DNA from: an uncultured Chloroflexota bacterium
GTDB taxonomy: Bacteria; Chloroflexota; Anaerolineae; Anaerolineales; UBA4823
Assembly: GCA_903871905.1 (NCBI GenBank)
Contig: CAIQIV010000237.1
Span: 1-43,995, forward strand
Length of the DNA stretch: 43,995 nt
Direction: 5' to 3'
Made by a program: the position numbers and the translations under genes. Shown here piece after piece: positions 26,301 to 34,719 of this stretch. Within the stretch, counting starts at the first letter, position 1; the number at the start of each line of letters is the position of its first letter. A model generated the notes under the pieces. That model did not search any database. It saw nothing but the letters and a program-made list of their open reading frames with translations, and was not told the DNA's origin.

Positions 26301-29300
26301 CTGAAAAGCGTCCGGTTGTGCTCCACGATCTGTACCCGGTCAATGTCCTGCCAGCCGCCAGCCTCGAGGCACAGGCCATGGAAAACCAGCAGCAGCCCTG
26401 GCATGCAGATGATCTGCTGCTGGTCCCCCTGTTCGACGCGGCCGGCCAGCCCCTGGGGATGGTCAGCGTGGACGCCCCACGCAACCATCTGCGCCCGGAA
26501 CGCCTGGTGGTCGACGGGCTGGAGATATTCTGCAGCCAGGCGGCCCTGGGCATCGAGCGCTACCAGCAGCGCCTGGCACAGCGCCGCGCTTCCGGCGAGC
26601 TGCTGGCCGGTATGCGTCAGCAGCTAGACCTGGCACCCCATGGGGCAGTGCGTGCCGTTCAGGAGCTGGCAGACCTGCCGTCCCAGGCTATTGACCAGCG
26701 GGCAGCGCGCCTGGCAGCCGGTTTAGACATCGCAGAGCGCGTCTCACAGCAAAAGACGCGCGACGAGGTGCTGCAGGTCTTTGGTCAAGAGTTGGCTGCA
26801 CGCATGGGGCTGGGGACAGCGCTGATCGCCGAAGCCTCACCGGGCGGCCCGCGCTTGCTCTTCAGCCTGGGCAGAATCCCCCAGGTGGTCGTCCCGGGCA
26901 GCCCTGGTCTCGAAGCTCTATTGGGACAGCGCAATCCGCTACGCCAGATTCTACTTGGCAGTAACGCCACCAGCAGCCGGCCGCTGCTGGTGGCCAATCT
27001 CAATGCAGATTCTGAATGGACCAACAGCCCACTGCTTTCCGCCCTGGGAGCTCGCAGCTTTATCTGCCTGCCAATCACCAGCCAGCGCTCTTCCACTGAA
27101 CCTGGCACATCGACGGCGGACAGACCTGGGGTTGACGCCCCATATCTGGCAGTGTTGTGCGTGAGCCAGGAAGCCCTGCCGCCGTTTATCCCGGAAGATG
27201 AGCTGCTGTTCAACCTGTTGGGACGCCAGGTTGGGGTTGTGCTGCACAGCCTGGAGCTGCTGGGAAACAGCCAGCGCCGCCTGCGTGAGGTCAACCTGCT
27301 GCTGGACTTCAGCCGGCAGATCAGCGAGCTGGAGCCGGCGGGCATCCTGCGCGCCCTGGTCGAAAGCGCAGCCCGGGCTGTCCCAGCCGTCCAGGCGGCT
27401 TTTGCTGCTACCTGGGATCCACTGCGCAACCGTCTGACACCCCGGGTTGCCATTGGGTACGCCAACAACGAGCGCATGCGCAAGCTCAGCTATTCCCTGG
27501 GTGAAGGGCTTCCGGGCAAGGTGTTCCAGAGCGCCCAGGCTGTACGCCTGGCCGAGGTTGACTTTGCCAGGCAGTATGACCTGTCAGCTGATAAGCTGCT
27601 GCATTACCGGGACGCCACCGGAGGGCGTCTCCCTGTTTCCACCATGGTCCTGCCGATCCAATCCCCAACTCAGGCAGCCTCACCGTTCGGTGTCCTGGTG
27701 CTCGACAACCAGAGCCTGGAGAACGCTTTCAGCAACGATGACCAGGCCCTGATCGCTTCTCTGGTCTTGCAAACGGCACTCAGCCTGGAGAACGCCCGGT
27801 TGTACCAGTCTTCCGAGCAGCGCTCCCATCAGCTCCAGGCGCTCACCGCTGCAGCCGCCGCTATCACCACCAAGCTGGAGCCGGATGAGCTCATCGCTTC
27901 CCTGATGGACCAGCTGCAAGGGGTGCTGCCGTACGACACCGGCATCCTGTGGATCCGCCAGGGTGAACAGATGGTGGTCAGCCAGGCCCGAGGTTTTGAG
28001 GACAATGACCAGCGCATTGGGCTGACCGTCTCGATTCAGGACAGCCTGCTCATCGGTGAGATGATCCAGACTCGCCTGCCTATCAGCGTGCTGGATATCC
28101 GCAGCGATGAGCGCTTCCCCTCCTGGACCGAATACGACACCGGCCCCCTGGTGCGCCGCCTGTCCTGGTTGGGGGTACCGCTGATCACCGGCGGGCAGGT
28201 CACCGGGGTGATCGTGCTGGAAAAAGCCGAGCCTGGTGTTTACACCTCAGACCAGGTGCAGATCGCCATCACCTTCGCCAGTCAGACCGCCACCAGTCTG
28301 GAGAATGCCCGGCTGTACTCGGAAAGCCTGCGGCGCACATCGGAGCTGGACCGCCGCTCGCGGCTGCTGACTATCCTCAACCGCCTGTCCGGAGATCTCA
28401 GCAGCACCCTGGAGATCTCCCAAATACTGAGCCATGCTACCCGCGAGCTGTATCACCTGATCAATAGCAGCCGGGAGGAGGCAACCCCGCCCTGCTCAGC
28501 GGTAAGCGCTTCCCTGTTCGATCTACTGGGCAGCGTTCGCTACCAGGCCGATTACCCTCCCAGCCGCTCGCCTGTGGACACCCTGCTGGATGAAACACCG
28601 GTTTTTGAGCGCTTCCACCAGGGCCTGACCATTTATATCAGCGATGACGTGTCCCTGGAAAACGAGCTGGCCCCGGTTGCTGAATTCTTGCAGCGTTACC
28701 AGACCTATTCTTTACTCGTGGTCCCCATGACCAGCGGCGCCATGCTGCACGGCCTGCTCATGGTTCATACCTCCCGCATGGTGCACTTTGACCCCCTGGA
28801 GATTGAGCTGGCGCGCTCCATCGGCAACCAGACCGCCATCGCTTTCCAGAACGCCCGACTTTTTGCCGAGACACGCAGCCTGACCGACGACCTGGAGCTG
28901 CGTGTTCTGGAGCGCACCGGTGAGCTGCGCCAGGAGCGGCAGCGGGCAGAGACCCTGCTGCGCATCATCATGGAACTGTCAGCCAGCCTGGACCTGGACC
29001 TGGTGCTTGGAAATACACTGAGCGTGTTAAGCGAGGCAATCGACGCCGAGCAGATCACGGTGCTGCTGGCCCGCCCTGGCGAGCCGTATTTGCACCGCCT
29101 GGCCTCCATCGGCCATGCTTTTGTGCCTCCCGAGCAGAATGTCCCCACCCCCTTCGCCCCTGGCGAGGGGCTGGCCGGCTGGATTATCCAGAACCGGCAG
29201 GCGGCGTTGATCGATGATATCCATCAGGATGACCGGTGGGTGATTCGCCCGGACAACCCTACCCGCCATCGCAGCGCCATCGGTGTACCCCTGCTGGGTG

Positions 29301-30619
29301 CGCCAGAAGTCAACGGGGTGATGTTAATCTATCACCCTTCGCCGTCCCACTTCACCGCCGACCACCTTGAGCTGGCCCAGGCAGCAGCCAACCAGGTTGC
29401 CGTGGCAGTCAACAACTCCGAGTTATACCGCCAGATCAACCAGCAGGCCGAAAACCTGGCCCAGGTGCTGCGCTATCAGCAGGTGGAAGCCAGCCGCTCG
29501 CGTGCTATCCTGGAGGCAGTTGCTGACGGCGTGCTGGTGACGGATGCCCAGCGGCGCATCACCCTGTTCAATGCCTCGGCAGAAAACAACCTGGGGCTGG
29601 CGCGGGAAAAGGTGTTGGGCAGGCCGCTCGAGGCTTTTGCCGGTATCTTTGGCAGCGCTGCCCAAACCTGGATGCAGACTATCGCTGCCTGGTCCCAGGA
29701 TCCCGGATCGTACCAGTCTGGGATCACCTTTGCTGAGCAAATCACTTTGGAAGACGGCCGCGTGCTGTCCGTACACCTGGCCCCAGTCAGCGCCGATGAA
29801 GGAACTGGGAGACGTAACGAGTTCCTGGGTACAGTGTCTGTCTTCCGCGATGTCACCCACCAGGTAGCTGTAGACCGCCTCAAATCCGAATTTGTCGCCA
29901 CTGTCAGCCATGAGCTGCGCACTCCTATGACCTCCATCAAGGGCTATGTGGAGGTCCTGCTGATGGGGGCGGCTGGCGCCCTCAATGACCAACAGGCGCG
30001 CTTCCTGGGTATTGTCAAAACCAATACCGAGCGCCTGGCGATCCTGGTCAACGATCTCCTGGACATCTCGCGCATCGAGTCAGGTGGCGTGATGCTCTCT
30101 TTCCAGCCGCTCAACCTGCAGACCCTGGTTGAAGATGCGCTGATCAACTTGAAGCGGCGCACGATCGAAGAGGGCCGGCTGTTGATAGTGGAAAAGATCG
30201 CCGCCGATGACCTGCCGCGCGTATGGGGCGACCTGGACCGCGTGCGCCAGATCTTCAGCATCCTGTTGGAGAATGCCTATGTCTACAACATCCCTGGCGG
30301 CCAGGTGACGGTGACCATGCACCAAGCTGCCGACGAAATCCAGATAGATATCCATGATACGGGCGCCGGCATCCCCTCCCACGAACAGGCGCACGTCTTT
30401 GAGCGCTTCTTCCGCGGCGAAGCCCCGCTCATCCTGGGTGTCTCCGGTACTGGCCTGGGCCTGTCCATTGCCCAGAACCTGGTCCAGATGCACAACGGAC
30501 GCCTCTGGCTGGAAAGCAGCGGTGTCCACGGTGAAGGCTCCACCTTCTCATTTACCCTGCCGATCTACCGGCGGGATGGGCCGGTGCCAGCTGTTGACAG
30601 CTTTAAGCACCTGGTCTAA
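23357..30619 (+). CDS. Giant multi-GAF/PAS sensor histidine kinase (2420 aa)
   Basis: N-terminal TM, about ten GAF-like repeats (several ending in xNARL[YF]), PAS, H-box SHELRTP, DTGAGI, FERFFR and GTGLGLSI. Confidence 0.92.
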   Translation: MNIVSLGIILALVGAGAAALIFVLARRSAQRPSDVPLPAARDDLATLASHQPASAAWQPGQDFPHESETFSTSPDQAVLVILPGGTVGHLNQTARQWFNIRQTPPNLEWIARRLQPEGSFLELCLKESRRRLQLDGAYLDASSCRIPSNGSPPPMLVILHRLEWGETEEQIYGQPEITGGSATTAFELYASYCQVASLSLDLEQALVAILEGIERLLPADLIQVTVWDANTRCLAPYRLLGLPGEKRSLEPLPELRGENLGYSAALIQERMPVRLSLHNPLQEDQQARRGMAAAERAGSISPAIFASFLGAPLLAGGQFVGTIEAASRSPSSFTQDDERLIAWLAAPAATAVQRAEHYRTATQEQLLTRLAELSEAAQAASDTRRLLGLILEYIRPLAPAEINGILLYDEHRQMLVGKEPFAGIPLYTLEWCRAFLAPGSPAEAIWLQGQTIVSNNAPEDPAWQALGLHNLAQAAGIQQAILAPLRALGKRLGYLLLAKPKRGNFEPAEIQLLEAAVARASGLVLRHQEEKQAQYQAQVDQALHHLARLAWDPVNRDEILVTALRELVALLDASCAAAFLVQGGARLQPHLPSLIGFGSSPETQPAAIQTDTPEYAQTAAATGIPILADLGREDEEMGQPAVTDLRQAPLPYRHLSEKYGIASALILPIGNGSSFRGEMLLGSPHSGYFTPSDLQIAGLAANFLSGALEQAQQRESAAPYLGQQVSRTTALLRASREIGRWMEFPGLLHSLHDQALRLSGADCGTVVFFDPQTSRPGMPAISGFHGDPPGEQLSSLELSALPQPDGVLQDDPDPTPHPGVHASLLVPINFQDKLVGLIHVHAIARSRFSGPSQESLQILAQQAGAAWDNARRYQELQQRSQVLTERLGTLAHLFETSRLLEVDQPLEELLAAIASAIQAATPFESVLISVYQAESNSLKRLAGAGIPTSLMRDLQAVAQPWPAVLDLLQAEFRVGRAYFIPAEKRPVVLHDLYPVNVLPAASLEAQAMENQQQPWHADDLLLVPLFDAAGQPLGMVSVDAPRNHLRPERLVVDGLEIFCSQAALGIERYQQRLAQRRASGELLAGMRQQLDLAPHGAVRAVQELADLPSQAIDQRAARLAAGLDIAERVSQQKTRDEVLQVFGQELAARMGLGTALIAEASPGGPRLLFSLGRIPQVVVPGSPGLEALLGQRNPLRQILLGSNATSSRPLLVANLNADSEWTNSPLLSALGARSFICLPITSQRSSTEPGTSTADRPGVDAPYLAVLCVSQEALPPFIPEDELLFNLLGRQVGVVLHSLELLGNSQRRLREVNLLLDFSRQISELEPAGILRALVESAARAVPAVQAAFAATWDPLRNRLTPRVAIGYANNERMRKLSYSLGEGLPGKVFQSAQAVRLAEVDFARQYDLSADKLLHYRDATGGRLPVSTMVLPIQSPTQAASPFGVLVLDNQSLENAFSNDDQALIASLVLQTALSLENARLYQSSEQRSHQLQALTAAAAAITTKLEPDELIASLMDQLQGVLPYDTGILWIRQGEQMVVSQARGFEDNDQRIGLTVSIQDSLLIGEMIQTRLPISVLDIRSDERFPSWTEYDTGPLVRRLSWLGVPLITGGQVTGVIVLEKAEPGVYTSDQVQIAITFASQTATSLENARLYSESLRRTSELDRRSRLLTILNRLSGDLSSTLEISQILSHATRELYHLINSSREEATPPCSAVSASLFDLLGSVRYQADYPPSRSPVDTLLDETPVFERFHQGLTIYISDDVSLENELAPVAEFLQRYQTYSLLVVPMTSGAMLHGLLMVHTSRMVHFDPLEIELARSIGNQTAIAFQNARLFAETRSLTDDLELRVLERTGELRQERQRAETLLRIIMELSASLDLDLVLGNTLSVLSEAIDAEQITVLLARPGEPYLHRLASIGHAFVPPEQNVPTPFAPGEGLAGWIIQNRQAALIDDIHQDDRWVIRPDNPTRHRSAIGVPLLGAPEVNGVMLIYHPSPSHFTADHLELAQAAANQVAVAVNNSELYRQINQQAENLAQVLRYQQVEASRSRAILEAVADGVLVTDAQRRITLFNASAENNLGLAREKVLGRPLEAFAGIFGSAAQTWMQTIAAWSQDPGSYQSGITFAEQITLEDGRVLSVHLAPVSADEGTGRRNEFLGTVSVFRDVTHQVAVDRLKSEFVATVSHELRTPMTSIKGYVEVLLMGAAGALNDQQARFLGIVKTNTERLAILVNDLLDISRIESGGVMLSFQPLNLQTLVEDALINLKRRTIEEGRLLIVEKIAADDLPRVWGDLDRVRQIFSILLENAYVYNIPGGQVTVTMHQAADEIQIDIHDTGAGIPSHEQAHVFERFFRGEAPLILGVSGTGLGLSIAQNLVQMHNGRLWLESSGVHGEGSTFSFTLPIYRRDGPVPAVDSFKHLV

Positions 30620-30687
30620 CGGCAGTCACTGCCTGCAGATTTATCGGCGTACTGATCATGTGGATCGGTACCTCAGGAACAAGGTTT

Positions 30688-31053
30688 ATGGCCAAGATCG
30701 TTATCGCTGAAGACGAACCCGATATCCGCCAGCTGGTACTCTTCACCCTGCAGTTTGCCGGGCACACCGTGATCCCCACAGCCAACGGCGAAGAGGCGCT
30801 CAATACCGTGCAAAAAGTCCTGCCGGAGCTGGTACTGCTGGATATTCGCATGCCGCGGCTGTCTGGGTTCGAGGTCTGCCGGGCGATCAAGAGTGACCCG
30901 CGCACCCAACATATCCCGGTATTATTTGTATCTGCCAAGGGGCAGGACGCAGACATCCAGATGGGAATGGAGGCCGGGGCAACCGACTACGTCCTGAAAC
31001 CCTTCTCACCCGATGACCTGATCCAGCGCGTCAAGAACGCGCTGGGAAAGTGA
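30688..31053 (+). CDS. Single-domain response regulator
   Basis: MAKIVIAEDE, LLDIRMP, SAKG and LKPF. Start set at ATG 30688. Confidence 0.9.
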   Translation: MAKIVIAEDEPDIRQLVLFTLQFAGHTVIPTANGEEALNTVQKVLPELVLLDIRMPRLSGFEVCRAIKSDPRTQHIPVLFVSAKGQDADIQMGMEAGATDYVLKPFSPDDLIQRVKNALGK

Positions 31054-31097
31054 CCCCTGGGGAAACCCCAGGTTTTGCAGACTACATACAAACGCTT

Positions 31098-31883
31098 ATG
31101 AGTGTTGTTATTGTCCAGGACGAGATCATCCACTACGAGGTGCTGGGGCGCGGCCGCCCGCTGTTCTTTATTCACAGTTGGGTGGGTTCCTGGCGCTACT
31201 GGCTGACCTCCATGCAGGCTGCCTCCATATCCTGCCGCGCCTATGCCCTCGACCTGTATGGCTATGGTGAGACCAGCCGCCGCGGCGGATGCAGCCTGCC
31301 GGCCCAGGTTGAACTGTTGGAGATGTTCCTGGAAGAGCTTGGCGTGGCACGCGTCGCCCTGGTTGGGCACGGTTTAGGCGCGGCTGTAGCCTTGCAGTTT
31401 ATCCAGCGCAACTCCGAGCGCGTCGACCGGGCGTTCCTGGTGGGACTGCCTCTCAGCGGAGAGATGATCAGCCCCCGCCTGCAGCAGGATGAGACTGGCG
31501 GACTGGTGGAATGGTTGATGGGCCGGGACCCGGCCGATGAGGCGGCGCGCATCGAAGCGCTCAAAGCAGAGCCTGGGGCTCTGGAATCCGCGTTTTCCAG
31601 CCCGCGCAGCTATGACGCCCTGACTTCGGTCCAGTCGGCAAACCTGCCGCTGCTGCTGGTGTACGGGCAGGAAGACCCGGCGCTGCAGGTTCCTGCCCCC
31701 GAGCTGGCAGGCGAGCTGCCTGAGAACATCCAGCTCCTGGTTCTGGAGGACAGCGGGCACTTCCCCATGCTGGACCAGGAGCCGCGCTTCAACCGCCTGC
31801 TGGCAGACTTCCTGGCGCTGCCATCCGGTGCCAGCCCCCGCCAGCTGATGCTCAAGGAAGAGTGGAAGCGGCGGGTCCGGTAA
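31098..31883 (+). CDS. Alpha/beta hydrolase-fold protein lacking catalytic Ser
   Basis: Paralog of 20324-21109 (IHYEVLGRGRP, HSWVGSW, YALDLYGYGE), but with GHGLG in place of GHSMG. Confidence 0.82.
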   Translation: MSVVIVQDEIIHYEVLGRGRPLFFIHSWVGSWRYWLTSMQAASISCRAYALDLYGYGETSRRGGCSLPAQVELLEMFLEELGVARVALVGHGLGAAVALQFIQRNSERVDRAFLVGLPLSGEMISPRLQQDETGGLVEWLMGRDPADEAARIEALKAEPGALESAFSSPRSYDALTSVQSANLPLLLVYGQEDPALQVPAPELAGELPENIQLLVLEDSGHFPMLDQEPRFNRLLADFLALPSGASPRQLMLKEEWKRRVR

Positions 31884-31895
31884 CCTTCCTACAGA

Positions 31896-32645
31896 TTAAG
31901 CCACCTTTCCCACAATACTGATAGTCTTTCCCAGTAGTTCGTCCTGGGTTTGGACCAAAACCTGTGCTGCCTCATATGTACCAAATCCAATCATCATATC
32001 TACAGCGCTGACATTAGATTGTTCAAGATATCCCTGAAGGAGGACAGAGTTGACAGTCTCTGTACGCATCTCGCCGGAGGCTTGAAAATAATTCCCATCC
32101 CCTCGCTGCAATTGGGCAGAAGTATCCGGAAACTCCACGATGCCAAACCTTGCAACAAGATCTTCCCCTGCGCGGATGGTGCCGGACCGTTCCACACTGA
32201 TCTCACCCGCCGGAAGCAAAATTGGGCTGCCGGATTCATCCAACACGAAATTGCCATCAACCGTCACCACTTGATTTTCGCTGTTCATTTGAAACCGGCC
32301 ATCCCGGGTGTACCGCTCGCCTTCTGGAGTCAATATTCTGAAAAACCCATCCCCCTGGATGGCAAGATCCAATAGCTGGCCGGTCGCGAGCAGCGCGCCA
32401 GGGCTAAATTTGGTTCGCATATCTGTCGTTGTCACCCCTAACCCAATACTCCCCACTCGTTGTGTTACAGCAGGCGCCAATGTAGATGTGGATGAATAAA
32501 CATCTGTTCTCTGGTACTCCTCAATGGTTGTAAAAACCTGTTTAAAACCTGGAGTATCCAGGTTGGCAATATTATGCGCTTTAAGGTTTTGCTTGCGGAT
32601 CCCGGCAATCATGGCCGACGCAGCAGCATATAAACCCTTGATCAA
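31896..32645 (-). CDS. Flagellar basal-body rod/hook protein (FlgF/FlgG family)
   Basis: KGLYAAASAM, HNIANLDTPGFK, DLAIQGDGFF, YTRDGRF and QGYLEQSNV motifs. GGAGGA RBS before TTG 32645. Confidence 0.88.
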   Translation of the reverse strand: MIKGLYAAASAMIAGIRKQNLKAHNIANLDTPGFKQVFTTIEEYQRTDVYSSTSTLAPAVTQRVGSIGLGVTTTDMRTKFSPGALLATGQLLDLAIQGDGFFRILTPEGERYTRDGRFQMNSENQVVTVDGNFVLDESGSPILLPAGEISVERSGTIRAGEDLVARFGIVEFPDTSAQLQRGDGNYFQASGEMRTETVNSVLLQGYLEQSNVSAVDMMIGFGTYEAAQVLVQTQDELLGKTISIVGKVA

Positions 32646-32761
32646 GGTAATCCTCCACAATACAACGCCTAAGGTTTTATCAACCCAATAGCAATTCATC
32701 CTGGCCGCGTCAAAAGACACGGAAGGATCCATCGCCTTGCCAGGCATGCACTTTCTTTATA

Positions 32762-33064
32762 TCAGGCTGTTCGTGGAGGAGGAAGTTGCGGGGCTTGTTG
32801 AAATGAATGGAACAGTAAACTACCCCCTGGATTCTCGCTGATTATTCCCAGGGCAATATTCCCCGCCATAAGTTGGACTGGATGAAACTCATGATCGGTA
32901 TCTGGATGTTCAATGTGGCTGGCCTTTTCCGTATCCATCGGGCTAAAACCTGGAGCCAAAAGACCTGGTGGATGGGGAGCCATCATCCCCAATAAAAACA
33001 GGCAGCAAAATCCTATGAGAGTGAGACAGCTGAGTGAAAATCCGGGGCGTAAAATGGGATTCAT
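32762..33064 (-). CDS. Small membrane-anchored His-rich protein ending in PQLPPPRTA (possible regulatory leader ORF)
   Basis: Hydrophobic N-terminus, SHIEHPDTDHEFH and C-terminal PPPR. It has its own promoter just upstream. Confidence 0.55.
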   Translation of the reverse strand: MNPILRPGFSLSCLTLIGFCCLFLLGMMAPHPPGLLAPGFSPMDTEKASHIEHPDTDHEFHPVQLMAGNIALGIISENPGGSLLFHSFQQAPQLPPPRTA

Positions 33065-33086
33065 CCAGAATAAAATCCTGATGATT

Positions 33087-33115
33087 TTTATAACGCACAT
33101 CTGGATTAAGGTCAA
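33087..33115 (-). promoter_or_regulatory. Putative sigma70 promoter for leader ORF/flg gene
   Basis: TTGACC-17-TATAAA on the minus strand. Confidence 0.55.
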
Positions 33116-33184
33116 TATAAAGTACATAAAAATCCCCGCTTTTTAAAAAATCGATGTCAAAGACTATCAAAAAACTTATTCCGC

Positions 33185-34627
33185 TTATTCTCCAGACGGC
33201 ATCCACTGCAGTGCCAGGCAAATCGCCTTACAGGTATTACCCTGGACACGGAATATCTCCCCTGGCCCGCCACCGGGCACCCAGGCAATCGTTTCCCCGG
33301 TGCACACCAGAGGCCAGGCAGCGCGGGCCCGCTGAGGCAGCTTGCAATTGATCATATAATCTGAGACCTTGATCGACCCGCTTGCCATCCCCAGGGGCTG
33401 GAAACGGTCGCCGGGACGGCGTGGGCGTAAAACCAGCGGCAGATCCACCACAGCCAGGTCCAGCCAGGCCCGGTAGGGATCAGCGTTAGACCGGATCGCC
33501 AGGCGTTGTGCTTCGTTTTCCAGAACAACGATCTCTGCCGATAGCCGCCAGCCGGCGCTTAGATCCACCTCCCCAGGAATTTCCAGCCGCAGGTGACTCG
33601 CCAGTGCCATCTGCGGCCATTCTCCAGCGGGCGGCGGTTCCCCACCCTTAACCAGGAACACTCTTCCTGGCTCAAAAACCAATGCTAACCCCGCTGCCAG
33701 GTCGATCCGGCCATAACGCCGCGGTTCCTCCAACGCCTGAAGCGCCCGATCCACCACAGCATAATCGATATCGCGCAGCCCGGGATGCAACTGGCCAAAC
33801 GCCCGGCGCAGCACATGACGCTGCACGCCCAGCGGCCATGCCGCCAGGCGGGTGGGATCAATCTGCAGCCAGCCAGACCCCTCCCGCACCCGGAAATCAT
33901 CCCAGCCCTGGTCAATTAACTGGCCCAGGGACCGATAATCCTCCCGCAGGATATCAGCTGTCTGCCACAACCGCTTCCCCAGGTTGGGCTGGTACGTTTC
34001 CAGGTAAGGGATCAGCTCGTGGCGCAGCCGGTTGCGGAAGAAGCGCACATCCAGATTGCTGGCATCCAGGTTCGGAACCAGGCTGTGCTGCTTGATGTAC
34101 TCCAACACCTGCGTGCGCCACACGCCCAACAGTGGGCGAACCAGGGGAATCTCCGCGCTCCACGAGTTTGGCAGGCTGCGGAAGGCCATCCCGCCCAACC
34201 CGGCCAGCCCGGCGCCGCGCAGCAAGTGCATCAGCACCGTTTCCACCTGGTCATCCGCGTTATGCGCGGTAACCACCGCCTGTGCACCGCACCGACCGGC
34301 CTGGCGGAAGAGAAATTCATAGCGCTGCAGCCGGGCAGCCTCCTCCAGGGACAGCCGCTGGTTTTCAGCAAAAGCCCTGACATCTGCCCGCTCCAGGTGA
34401 AATGGCACGCCCAGGCGGTCTGCAAAATCCGCTACCAGCTGTGCCTCCTCATCCGCTTCCGGGCGCAGAGCATGGTTCAGGTGGGCGATGACCATGGGGG
34501 AACCCAGCGCATGCAGCGCGTGCGCCAGGCACAGGCTGTCTGGCCCGCCTGACACCCCCACCAACAGTAATTGATCCGCTTTAATACCGCACTTTCGGTG
34601 TAGTGTGACATCAAGTTCTGAGAGCAT
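33185..34627 (-). CDS. tilS: tRNA(Ile)-lysidine synthetase
   Basis: VSGGPDS, HLNHALR, TAHNADDQVET, RPLL, DASN and RNRLR motifs, plus C-terminal RRPGDRFQP. Confidence 0.95.
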   Translation of the reverse strand: MLSELDVTLHRKCGIKADQLLLVGVSGGPDSLCLAHALHALGSPMVIAHLNHALRPEADEEAQLVADFADRLGVPFHLERADVRAFAENQRLSLEEAARLQRYEFLFRQAGRCGAQAVVTAHNADDQVETVLMHLLRGAGLAGLGGMAFRSLPNSWSAEIPLVRPLLGVWRTQVLEYIKQHSLVPNLDASNLDVRFFRNRLRHELIPYLETYQPNLGKRLWQTADILREDYRSLGQLIDQGWDDFRVREGSGWLQIDPTRLAAWPLGVQRHVLRRAFGQLHPGLRDIDYAVVDRALQALEEPRRYGRIDLAAGLALVFEPGRVFLVKGGEPPPAGEWPQMALASHLRLEIPGEVDLSAGWRLSAEIVVLENEAQRLAIRSNADPYRAWLDLAVVDLPLVLRPRRPGDRFQPLGMASGSIKVSDYMINCKLPQRARAAWPLVCTGETIAWVPGGGPGEIFRVQGNTCKAICLALQWMPSGE

Positions 34628-34719
34628 AGGTCGATACCAAAGGTATATTATTTTCCAAACTTCTCCCCAAGCCGATAAGGGGAGCCTGTGAAAACGATTA
34701 TAATTGACAAAGAGGGCGC

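Noticed and set aside
32723-32740. Fluoride riboswitch (GGCGATGG) in the flg leader
   Set aside because: Only the first 8 nt match. The complementary CGCC stem and downstream conserved segment are absent, and the gene context is wrong.
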